A stretch of 64,000 nucleotides of DNA from Parcubacteria bacterium GBS-2 (GTDB taxonomy: Bacteria; Patescibacteriota; Minisyncoccia; Minisyncoccales; GBS-2): the NCBI GenBank assembly GCA_001443025.1, contig LEKP01000003.1:86652-150651 (forward strand). The letters run 5' to 3'. Shown piece by piece: positions 36,166-44,266 of this stretch. The position numbers were made by a program, and so were the translations under genes. Positions within the stretch are counted from its first letter, which is position 1. Each line of letters opens with the position of its first letter. The notes below the pieces were generated by a model. The model was not told where the DNA came from. It did not search any database and saw nothing but the letters and a program-made list of their open reading frames with translations.

Positions 36166-38279
36166 TTCAAAACTGCTTCTTTAATTTTAAATTCCTTCCT
36201 TTGTTTGAATTCTTGTTGTTTCCCTAAATTCCATTGCTGGACCGGTCTGTAATAACCAACTATTCTTGAATAGACTTCGCAGGGTTGCTTTATTGTGCAT
36301 TTTGGGCAGAAAAAGTGTTCTCCTGGAATGTAACCATGGACAGGGCAAATTGAAAAAGTTGGAGTGACAGTAATGTAAGGAAGTTTGAAATTTTCAAAAA
36401 TTTTTCTAACGAGCCTTTTTACTCCCTCCTCGCTTTGCATCCTCTCTCCCAAAAAGATGTGAAGAATTGTTCCTCCTGTATATTTACACTGAATTTCGTC
36501 TTGGAGTTTTAGGGTCTCAAAGAGATCATCAGTATAATTTACTGGAAGTTGAGTTGAATTGGTGTAATAGGGAATTTTTTTGGTACCGGCTGTAATAATG
36601 TCTGGATATTTTTCTTTGTCTTTTAGGGCAAGGCGATAGGCAGTTGATTCTGCGGGTGTAGCCTCCAAATTATAAATATTCCCGGTTTCTTTTTGATATT
36701 TCACTAACCTTTCTCTCATAAAGTCTAAAACCTCCAAAGCAAACTTTCTCCCTCTCTTCGTTGCAATATTTTCTTCCATAAAGTTTAACAAGCATTCATT
36801 CATTCCAACAAGGCCAATAGTTGAAAAGTGATTTGCCCAGTATTTTCCTCTCATTTGTTTTATGTCTTGCAAATAATACCTTGAATAAGGATAAAGCCCT
36901 TTTTCGATGAAATTTTCCAAAACTTTTCTTTTAATTTCTAAACTTTCTTTTGCCAAATCCATAACTTTTGCCAATCTCTCGAAAAATTCTTTTTTTGTTT
37001 TCGACAAATAACCAATGCGTGGTAAATTAATCGTAACTACGCCAATTGAACCGGTTTTTGATCCTGCTCCAAAAAGTCCTCCACCACCTCGATTATAAAG
37101 TTCTGTAAGATCAAGACGAAGCCTACAACACATTGAACGAACATCTTCAGGTCTCATTTCAGAGTTAATATAGTTTGCAAAATAATTTGTTCCATACTTT
37201 GCTGAAGCTTCGAAAATTCCATTGAAGGCTGGTTCTTCCCAAGGAAAATCTTTTGTAATGTTGATTGTTGGAATTGGAAAGTGAAATGGTCTTCCTTTTG
37301 CATCACCTTCCATGTAAACTTCATAAAGTGCTTTATCAAAAATTTTCATTTCTTCCTCAAATTCAGAATAGGTTTTATCTTGTGGTTTTCCTCCGATAAT
37401 TACTGGTAATTTTGCGTAAACTGGAGAAGGTTTTAAATCTAAAGTGATATTTGAAAAAGGAGTTTGAAAACCTACTCTCGTTGGTATTGCCATATTAAAC
37501 AAAAATTCTTGCAAAGCCTGTTTTACTTGCTGATAGTTCAAATTGTCGTATCTGATAAAAGGCGCCAAAAGAGTATCAAAGTTTGAAAAAGAAACAGCCC
37601 CTGCACATTCACCCTGCAATGTATACAAAAAATTAACGCACTGCATCAAAGCAGTGTTGAAATGTTTTGGTGGTTTTGATTCTATTTTTCCTGGCACTCC
37701 TCCAAACCCCTTCATTAAAAGATCGTACAAATCCCACCCCATGCAGTAAGTGGATAAAGCATCCAAATTGTGGATGTGAAAGTCTCCAGATTCATGGGCT
37801 TCTCTAATTTCTGGAGGGTAAATTTTGTTTAGCCAATATTTCTTAACAATATAAGAGACTCCGTAATGATTCAAACCCTGCAAAGAAAAAGCCATGTTAG
37901 CGTTCTCTTGTACTTCCCAATCTAATTTTTCAATGTATTGGTCTAATCTGTCGACTGCCTCCTCTGAGACTTTAATCGCTTCTCTAATTCTTCTTCTTTG
38001 CTCTCTGTAGAGGATATAAGCTTTCGCCGCTTTTACCAATCCCTCTAAAATTAAAACTTCTTCAACGATGTCTTGGATTTGTTCTACATGAGGAATTTCG
38101 CCTTTTTTAAATCTTCTGTTTAAAATTTGGACAACTTTGTTAGAAAGCCTTTTTGCTTTCTTTCCATCTCCTTCTCCAGAAGCAGTTAAAGCTTTAAAAA
38201 TTGCTTCTGTAATTCTGTTTTGATCAAAAGAAACAATGGAGCCGTCTCTTTTTTGAACTTTTTCAATTTTATTTTTCAT
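36162..38279 (-). CDS. nrdD: Class III anaerobic ribonucleoside-triphosphate reductase
   Basis: N-terminal ATP-cone. C-terminal Zn site CPVHG...CPKC and glycyl-radical motif RIVGYYRPV. Confidence 0.9.
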   Translation of the reverse strand: MKNKIEKVQKRDGSIVSFDQNRITEAIFKALTASGEGDGKKAKRLSNKVVQILNRRFKKGEIPHVEQIQDIVEEVLILEGLVKAAKAYILYREQRRRIREAIKVSEEAVDRLDQYIEKLDWEVQENANMAFSLQGLNHYGVSYIVKKYWLNKIYPPEIREAHESGDFHIHNLDALSTYCMGWDLYDLLMKGFGGVPGKIESKPPKHFNTALMQCVNFLYTLQGECAGAVSFSNFDTLLAPFIRYDNLNYQQVKQALQEFLFNMAIPTRVGFQTPFSNITLDLKPSPVYAKLPVIIGGKPQDKTYSEFEEEMKIFDKALYEVYMEGDAKGRPFHFPIPTINITKDFPWEEPAFNGIFEASAKYGTNYFANYINSEMRPEDVRSMCCRLRLDLTELYNRGGGGLFGAGSKTGSIGVVTINLPRIGYLSKTKKEFFERLAKVMDLAKESLEIKRKVLENFIEKGLYPYSRYYLQDIKQMRGKYWANHFSTIGLVGMNECLLNFMEENIATKRGRKFALEVLDFMRERLVKYQKETGNIYNLEATPAESTAYRLALKDKEKYPDIITAGTKKIPYYTNSTQLPVNYTDDLFETLKLQDEIQCKYTGGTILHIFLGERMQSEEGVKRLVRKIFENFKLPYITVTPTFSICPVHGYIPGEHFFCPKCTIKQPCEVYSRIVGYYRPVQQWNLGKQQEFKQRKEFKIKEAVLK

Positions 38280-38299
38280 GATGATTCAATTTTATTTTT

Positions 38300-39487
38300 T
38301 TAAAAGCCTTTTGTCAATGTAAAAATCTTTTTCATTAAATCGATTTGTTTTAAAATTCCAAATTTCCCCTTTTTGCATTCTCTTTCTGAAAATTTTTCGC
38401 AGCCATTCCGCTTTCCTCCATAAATCAAAATTGGGTTTGGAAGTTTAGAATGGTTTTTTTTCAAAGAAGAAGTGGAATGGTCACCAGTAATTACAATCAA
38501 AACATCTTTTAAATTCAAAAGCTGAGCTAAATTTTGATCTATTTTTTCAATAAACTCCTTTTTTTCTAAAAATTTTCCATCTTCTGCTAAATTGTCGCAG
38601 GCCTTAATATGAAGAAAAATAAAATCGAAATTTTTAATTTCCCTTTTTACTGTCAAAAATTTTCCTTTTAAATTTGTGTTCACTGTTCCGTTGGCGCCCC
38701 CAACTTTTATTTCTTCCATTCCCAAATATTTTCCAATTCCCTTGTACAAGGTTCCTCCAGCAATAAACCCTGCCCTCAGGCCATACTTTTCTTTAAAAGT
38801 CTTGATTTTTTTGAACTTTCCAGCGCCCCTCAACAAAATATAGTTTGCAGGCAACCTTCCTTGTTTTATTCTTTTTTTATTTTTTGGATGGTTTTCTAAA
38901 ATCGTTCTTGCCTTTTCTAAAAATTCTTCCAAAATTTTAACCATTCTTTTTTGTCCTTTTATTCTCAAAACTTTAATTCCAACTTTTTTTGGATCGTTTG
39001 AAGAAACCTTTGCTGAAAGATTTTTTCCTCTAAAAATTATTCCAATTCTGTGACCAAAAGCTTTCCTTACAATTACTTTCACTCCCTTAATTTTGATTTT
39101 GTTTAGGCTCTCGATCAAATCTTCAGTATCTTCGATTCTTTCTGCTCTTCTATCAATCACTATTAAATTCTCATCAACAGTTGCAAAATTTCCTCTTAAA
39201 CAAACGTCACCTTTTTTAATTTTTTCCCCGATTCCCAAAACTTCCAAAACTCCCCTTCCTGGGCTTGATTTTTTAGGATTGTAGCCAAAAATTGCCAAAT
39301 GAGTATCTTCTGAAGTTGGTAACTTTCCTTTTTCACGCCAAGGTAAAACCAGTCCACAAATTCCATTTTTTGCTAAAAAATCAAAATTTGGAGTATTAGC
39401 TGCCTCCAAAGGAGTTTTCCCTGATAGCGCTGGAATTGGCTCATCTCCCAATCCATCAATCACAATTAAAATTATCTTTTTTGACAT
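38300..39487 (-). CDS. apgM: Cofactor-independent phosphoglycerate mutase, archaeal type (ApgM)
   Basis: IILIVIDGLGDEPIP...GKTPLEAANTPNFDFLA...TGDHST. ATG at 39485-39487 is preferred over the GTG at 39493. Confidence 0.85.
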   Translation of the reverse strand: MSKKIILIVIDGLGDEPIPALSGKTPLEAANTPNFDFLAKNGICGLVLPWREKGKLPTSEDTHLAIFGYNPKKSSPGRGVLEVLGIGEKIKKGDVCLRGNFATVDENLIVIDRRAERIEDTEDLIESLNKIKIKGVKVIVRKAFGHRIGIIFRGKNLSAKVSSNDPKKVGIKVLRIKGQKRMVKILEEFLEKARTILENHPKNKKRIKQGRLPANYILLRGAGKFKKIKTFKEKYGLRAGFIAGGTLYKGIGKYLGMEEIKVGGANGTVNTNLKGKFLTVKREIKNFDFIFLHIKACDNLAEDGKFLEKKEFIEKIDQNLAQLLNLKDVLIVITGDHSTSSLKKNHSKLPNPILIYGGKRNGCEKFSERECKKGKFGILKQIDLMKKIFTLTKGF

Positions 39488-39490
39488 TTT

Positions 39491-39524
39491 CACATTTGAT
39501 CAATTACGCAAATGTGCAAATATC
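39491..39524 (-). repeat. 34-nt palindromic intergenic element, copy 1 (eno stop to apgM start)
   Basis: Minus strand GATATTTGCACATTTGCGTAATTGATCAAATGTG. 32/34 identical to copy 2. Confidence 0.85.
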
Positions 39525-40788
39525 AAATTTTGGAACCTTGTAACTCTTCTTCGATTCTTAACAAACGATTATACTTTGCCACCCTTTCTCCTCTTGCTGG
39601 AGCTCCCGCTTTGATAAAATCTGCGCAAATCCCCACTGCAAAATCTGAAATGAAATCATCTGTTGTTTCCCCAGATCTATGAGAAACCATAATTTGCCAA
39701 CCAAAAGATTTTGCCAATTTTACTGCCTCGATTGCTTCGGTTACAGTACCAATTTGATTAATTTTGACGATGATCGCATTACACAGATTTTTTTCTTTCG
39801 CCATTTTTATTCTTTTTGGGTTAGTAACTATTAAATCATCACCAACGATTAAAACTTTTGACTTTTGCCTTTTGAGTTTTGAATTAAAATGACCCCAACT
39901 TTCAAAATCATCTTGAGCAAACGGATCTTCAATTCCTTCAATCGGATATTTTTTAACTAATTTGAAATAAAAATTAGCCAGTTCTTTTCCAGAAAATTTT
40001 CCAAATTTTGTTTTGTATTTTTTTCCATCAAAAAATTGAGAGGCAGCTACATCCAAAAAAATTGAAATTTTCTCTTGATAATTCAAGGTTTTAGCTGCCT
40101 CCAAAATTAATTTTATTGCAGTTTCTGGATCTTTAATTGGCGGTGCAAAACCTCCCTCATCTCCCAAATTGGTGGCTAATTTTCCGTATTTTTTTGAAAT
40201 AATCTCCTTTAATTTATGGTAAATTTCGACACCAAATCTCAAATTTTCAGAAAAACTTTTCTCTTTTGGACAAATCATGAATTCTTGAAAATCTAATTCG
40301 TTTCCAGCATGAACACCCCCGTTGATAATGTTAAAAGAAGGTCTGGGTATTACGTATTTCGTATTGCGTATGTCGTATAACGATCGGATGTATTTGTAAA
40401 GGGGAAGGTTTTTTGCCTTTGCTCCTGTCTTGCAAACTGCCAAAGAAACTGCACAAATTGCATTCGCTCCCAAATTTGATTTATTTTCTGTTCCATCCAA
40501 TTCAATTAAAACTTGATCAATTTCTTTTTGTTTTGTTACATTAAAGCCCTTTAATTTTTTTGAAATAATTTCGTTTACATTCTTTACTGCTTTTTTTACT
40601 CCTTTTCCAAAATATCTCTTTCCCCCATCCCTTAACTCCACTGCCTCGTATTTTCCTTTAGAAGCCCCTGAAGGAACTGAAGCCAAAAATTTTCCAAAAT
40701 CAGTTTCCAATTCCACCTCAATCGTTGGATTTCCCCTCGAATCTAAAATTTCCCTTGCTTTAATTTTTTTAATTTTTAAAGTTTTCAT
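39523..40788 (-). CDS. eno: Enolase
   Basis: MKTLKIKKIKAREILDSRGNPTIEVEL..., VGDDLIVTNP, SHRSGET. Start at 40788 is preferred over the ORF-track 40836. Confidence 0.9.
   Translation of the reverse strand: MKTLKIKKIKAREILDSRGNPTIEVELETDFGKFLASVPSGASKGKYEAVELRDGGKRYFGKGVKKAVKNVNEIISKKLKGFNVTKQKEIDQVLIELDGTENKSNLGANAICAVSLAVCKTGAKAKNLPLYKYIRSLYDIRNTKYVIPRPSFNIINGGVHAGNELDFQEFMICPKEKSFSENLRFGVEIYHKLKEIISKKYGKLATNLGDEGGFAPPIKDPETAIKLILEAAKTLNYQEKISIFLDVAASQFFDGKKYKTKFGKFSGKELANFYFKLVKKYPIEGIEDPFAQDDFESWGHFNSKLKRQKSKVLIVGDDLIVTNPKRIKMAKEKNLCNAIIVKINQIGTVTEAIEAVKLAKSFGWQIMVSHRSGETTDDFISDFAVGICADFIKAGAPARGERVAKYNRLLRIEEELQGSKI
39855..39882 (-). repeat. Heptanucleotide tandem array B (4 units) inside eno
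   Basis: Plus strand CTTTTGA CTTTTGC CTTTTGA GTTTTGA. Encodes KLKRQKSK on the minus strand. Confidence 0.8.
40347..40382 (-). repeat. Heptanucleotide tandem array A (about 5 units) inside eno
   Basis: Coding strand ATACGAC ATACGCA ATACGAA ATACGTA ATACC. 19 nt (ATACGCAATACGAAATACG) are identical to the murB array. Confidence 0.8.
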
Positions 40789-40816
40789 AGTGTGAAAAGA
40801 ACAATCTTTCATAATT

Positions 40817-41377
40817 TTAATATTCAAATCCGCCAACTACCCATTCCATTTCGTTTTGCCAATTTCTATTGGGACAGCTCCAACCGGGACTTTGAGGATG
40901 GGGTCCGTTGCTTGTTTCCATATCTACAATACCTAAAACAAAGTATGCACCCCGAGAAGGATCACAACCGTAACTTCCTGCCGGGTAGCGATAATAGCGA
41001 TAAGTATACCCTCCGCAGGTTCCTGTACCAATTGGGTCTCTGGGGACACTACTCATTAAACCTTCGTCCACCAATGGTTCAATAAAGGGTTTTCCGTCTC
41101 CATCATTGTCTACAGTCGAAGTATCCCAACAGCCGCATCCCCCCTCACATTCTCCATAGGCTGAGGTTGGGCCTGGATACCTTTCATACTTATCATAATA
41201 TAACTGAAGAGCTGTTAAAATTTGCCTCATATCAGATAATCTTCTTGCGTCCCTGGTTTTGGCTCTTGCTCCTTTTAAACTCACCAAAACAATCGAAGAC
41301 AACATTCCAATTACCGCAATGGCAACTAAAAGTTCAATTAAGGTGAATGATTTTCCTTTTGTTTTTAATATTTCCAC
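40817..41377 (-). CDS. Type IV pilin/pseudopilin-like protein
   Basis: Prepilin N-terminus ...KGKSFTLIELLVAIAVIGMLSSIV. Cys-rich globular part with a DNDGDG motif. GTG start. Confidence 0.75.
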   Translation of the reverse strand: MEILKTKGKSFTLIELLVAIAVIGMLSSIVLVSLKGARAKTRDARRLSDMRQILTALQLYYDKYERYPGPTSAYGECEGGCGCWDTSTVDNDGDGKPFIEPLVDEGLMSSVPRDPIGTGTCGGYTYRYYRYPAGSYGCDPSRGAYFVLGIVDMETSNGPHPQSPGWSCPNRNWQNEMEWVVGGFEY

Positions 41378-41408
41378 ATTTGATCAATTGCGCAAATGGG
41401 CAAATATC
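41375..41408 (-). repeat. 34-nt palindromic intergenic element, copy 2 (trxB stop to pilin start)
   Basis: Minus strand GATATTTGCCCATTTGCGCAATTGATCAAATGTG. Confidence 0.85.
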
Positions 41409-41421
41409 GATTTTTAATTTT

Positions 41422-42354
41422 TTAAGGTTTTAGTTTTTGCAAATAATCGTAAGCAGATAAAGCTGCTTTTGCCCCTTCTCCGCAGGCAGTGATTATTTGC
41501 TTGTATTTTCCGACATTACAATCTCCAGCAGCAAAAAGACCCGGAGTCTTAGTTGCCATTGTTTCAAATTCAACAATAATTTCTCCTCTTTCGTTAAACT
41601 CAACTAAATCCTTAACGAAAGAGGTTGCGGGGATGTTGCCAATCTCAATAAAAACTCCATCTACTGAAAGTTCTTTTAATTGTTGTGAAACTAAATCTTT
41701 GTAAACAAGAGAGTTAACAAATTTTTCTCCTCTTATTTCTTCAACTTTTGCATTCAAAATTATTTCTACTTTCCCAGTTTTTTGAGCCCTTTCTTGATTT
41801 TCTTTTTCTGCTCTGATTTGACTTGAAAATTCTAAAATGTATATCTTTTTTGCGTATTCTGCCAAAAGAATTGCTGTTTCAAATCCAGCATTTCCTCCGC
41901 CAATCACTGCTACTATTTTATCTTTAAAAAGAGGGGAATCGCACAAAGGACAATAACTCACTCCTTTTCCTAAAAATTCCTTTTCTCCTTTTACCCCCAA
42001 ACTTCTTGGGTTTGCTCCAGAAGCAACTATCACTGTTTTTGAAAAAAATTCTTTTTGGGCCGTCACTTTTACTCTAAAAATTTCCTTTTCCTTTTTTATT
42101 TCCACCACTTCTCCCATTTCAATTTCGATTGGGTACTTTTTCAAATGAGAAACGAATTTTTCGATTAGATCTTGACCTGAAATTTCAGGAAATCCTGGAA
42201 AATTCTCAATTTTTACAACCTTTCGATTCACTTGGCCTCCAAAATCTTTTGTTATCATCAAAGTTTTCAACTTTTGCCTTAAAGCATAAATTCCAGCAGT
42301 AATTCCTGCTGGTCCTCCTCCGACAATTATTAAATCGTAAATTTTCTCTGTCAT
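41422..42354 (-). CDS. trxB: Thioredoxin reductase
   Basis: DLIIVGGGPAGITAG, redox CPLCD, GGGNAGFE, AAGDC. Confidence 0.9.
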   Translation of the reverse strand: MTEKIYDLIIVGGGPAGITAGIYALRQKLKTLMITKDFGGQVNRKVVKIENFPGFPEISGQDLIEKFVSHLKKYPIEIEMGEVVEIKKEKEIFRVKVTAQKEFFSKTVIVASGANPRSLGVKGEKEFLGKGVSYCPLCDSPLFKDKIVAVIGGGNAGFETAILLAEYAKKIYILEFSSQIRAEKENQERAQKTGKVEIILNAKVEEIRGEKFVNSLVYKDLVSQQLKELSVDGVFIEIGNIPATSFVKDLVEFNERGEIIVEFETMATKTPGLFAAGDCNVGKYKQIITACGEGAKAALSAYDYLQKLKP

Positions 42355-43226
42355 ATTTCTTTTAAAACCTCAGGAATTGCCTCAATGACATCTGTTGCAG
42401 TTAATCCATCTTTAAATTTTTGAGCTGCAATTTCTCCTGCCCTTCCGTTCAGATAAACTCCTGCTTTTGCTGCCAAAAAAGGATCTATTTTTCTTGCCAC
42501 CAATGCACCGCAAATTCCAGCTAAAGTATCCCCAGTTCCTCCAACTGCCATGTAAGGAGATCCTGCTTCACAGAAAGCAACTTCTTTACCGTTTGTTACA
42601 ATATCTGGTTTTCCTTTGAGTAAAATCACAGTTTTTAACCTTTCTGCCTCTTCACGAGCAATTTTTATTTGATCTTCCAATGGCAGTTGATAAACTTTTC
42701 TCCCCGTTAAAACAAAAAACTCATAAGCGTGAGGAGTGAAAAGAAATTTTTTCCCAGGGATTATTTCTGGTTTTTTCGCAACAGCATAGATTGCATCTGC
42801 ATCGATAACTACTGGAACATCAATTTTTGAAAGATATTCAATTATTGCCTCTTGGGTTTCTTTTGTCCTTCCCATTCCTCCGCCAATAACCACCGCAACT
42901 TTTCCTTCTGCGACCAATTTTGCAGATTCTGTCATTTCAAAAAGAATTGGTAAATGCTTTTTTGTCAGCCATTTTCCTTCTAAAGGATAAGCTGCCAAAT
43001 TTGGAGAAAAAGATGCAATAATGTCTGCTGCCCTTTTTGGAGTAATGATTCTGACCATTCCAACTCCAGATCTAAAAGCAGCCATTCCAGCTAAAGCTGG
43101 AGAACCAGAATAAAAGTCAGAGCCTCCAATGACAATCAAAAGCCCAAAATCGTATTTTTTAAAATATTTCTCCTTTGGTCTCTCTGGAAAAGTTTCTTTT
43201 AAGATTTCTTTTGTTATTTTCTCCAT
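42351..43226 (-). CDS. nnrD: ADP-dependent NAD(P)H-hydrate dehydratase (YjeF C-terminal family)
   Basis: GGSDFYSGSPALAG..., GGTGDTLAG. Confidence 0.8.
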   Translation of the reverse strand: MEKITKEILKETFPERPKEKYFKKYDFGLLIVIGGSDFYSGSPALAGMAAFRSGVGMVRIITPKRAADIIASFSPNLAAYPLEGKWLTKKHLPILFEMTESAKLVAEGKVAVVIGGGMGRTKETQEAIIEYLSKIDVPVVIDADAIYAVAKKPEIIPGKKFLFTPHAYEFFVLTGRKVYQLPLEDQIKIAREEAERLKTVILLKGKPDIVTNGKEVAFCEAGSPYMAVGGTGDTLAGICGALVARKIDPFLAAKAGVYLNGRAGEIAAQKFKDGLTATDVIEAIPEVLKEI

Positions 43227-43239
43227 GTTTTAAATTTTG

Positions 43240-43311
43240 CTGCGGGGCCTGGATTCGAACCAGGACTTGTGGCTTCAGAGGCCACCTGCCTACCAATTAG
43301 CAGACCCCGCA
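43240..43311 (-). tRNA. tRNA-Gln (anticodon CUG)
   Basis: Manual cloverleaf: TGCGGGG/CCCCGCA acceptor with a U1-A72 pair and G73, anticodon arm GTGGC-CTCTGAA-GCCAC, T arm CCTGG-TTCGAAT-CCAGG. No encoded CCA. Confidence 0.85.
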
Positions 43312-43317
43312 ATGAAA

Positions 43318-44214
43318 TTAATACTGCCTAAATTTAATTAAATCCTTTATTTTGTAAACTTCCTCCTTTCTTGAAATTTGGATTTTGTCTTTACTCTTGT
43401 GTGGGTGAAAACCTAAAATCTTCAATGCCTCAAAAACACTTTTAAGCAACGATTCATTCCTATTGGCAAATAAAAATTTGTAAGTGTAAGTTGGCTTATG
43501 TATACAGAAACTTCCTTCAGCTTCATACAGTCCACGGAGATATCTTTTGAGATAATGCTTATTTTTAAAAATCCATCGAGGGGTTTCTATTTTCTGATCT
43601 TTTCGTTTCCCAAGGGGAATTCCTAATTTTTTACTTAAATCTTTCATATAGAGCGAGATTGCGATACAATTCGATTCTTTTCTTTTGTATACCTTAGGTT
43701 TTTTCTTTAAAACTTTCTTAATCAAATGAGAGTATCTTTTTATAAACCCTGAGTTTCTCGAATTTGAAAGAAGAACAAGGCGTTCAGTTCGAGGAAATTT
43801 TTCCAAAGATCCGTCGCCTAAAATCACTCCAATTAGTTCTGCTAAGTCTCCATTCTTTTGAACAAATAAATCAACCCTCTTTGAGACAGATCCTCTTTCC
43901 TTTTCCTTTAATTTTTTCCGCCACTTCGCAAAATTATCTATCTTTTTCTTTTTAAAGGTTGTTGAAATTTTTGCAACACTAGGATGAGTTTCTTTTGTAA
44001 ATCCTTTATTCCAAGGAGGTGGTCTTTTCTTTAAACTTTCTTTCCATTTCATATACCGTGGATCGTCTTTCGGCAAGAGATTTGGGAGAAGAAAACCGCA
44101 ATTTTTTGTTCCAAATCTTTTGGTATATTTTTTAAGAGTCCATTTATGAACCGAAGCTAAATGGGTGTTTGTTATAATTTTAAAGTGCTTTCCGCAGAGT
44201 TTACATTTGACCAT
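43318..44214 (-). CDS. Free-standing LAGLIDADG homing endonuclease with an N-terminal CxxC...HxxxH zinc finger
   Basis: Two LAGLIDADG motifs, LIGVILGDGSL and YLRGLYEAEGSF. N-terminus CKLCGKHFKIITNTHLASVH. Confidence 0.85.
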   Translation of the reverse strand: MVKCKLCGKHFKIITNTHLASVHKWTLKKYTKRFGTKNCGFLLPNLLPKDDPRYMKWKESLKKRPPPWNKGFTKETHPSVAKISTTFKKKKIDNFAKWRKKLKEKERGSVSKRVDLFVQKNGDLAELIGVILGDGSLEKFPRTERLVLLSNSRNSGFIKRYSHLIKKVLKKKPKVYKRKESNCIAISLYMKDLSKKLGIPLGKRKDQKIETPRWIFKNKHYLKRYLRGLYEAEGSFCIHKPTYTYKFLFANRNESLLKSVFEALKILGFHPHKSKDKIQISRKEEVYKIKDLIKFRQY

Positions 44215-44220
44215 TCTTCA

Positions 44221-44229
44221 ATTATATCA
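44221..44229 (-). promoter_or_regulatory. Extended -10 (TGaTATAAT) of the LAGLIDADG gene, leaderless geometry
   Basis: Minus strand GTGATATAAT, then 6 nt (TGAAGA), then the ATG at 44214. Confidence 0.45.
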
Positions 44230-44243
44230 CGAACTTTAAAAAT

Positions 44244-44266
44244 CTATCACTAGACGACCCCGCAAC
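44244..44266 (-). repeat. Decayed duplicate of the first ~23 nt of tRNA-Gln
   Basis: Minus strand TTGCGGGGTCGTCTAGTGATAG versus the tRNA 5' end TTGCGGGGTCTGCTAATTGGTAG. 10 nt are exact and about 18/23 match overall. Confidence 0.7.
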
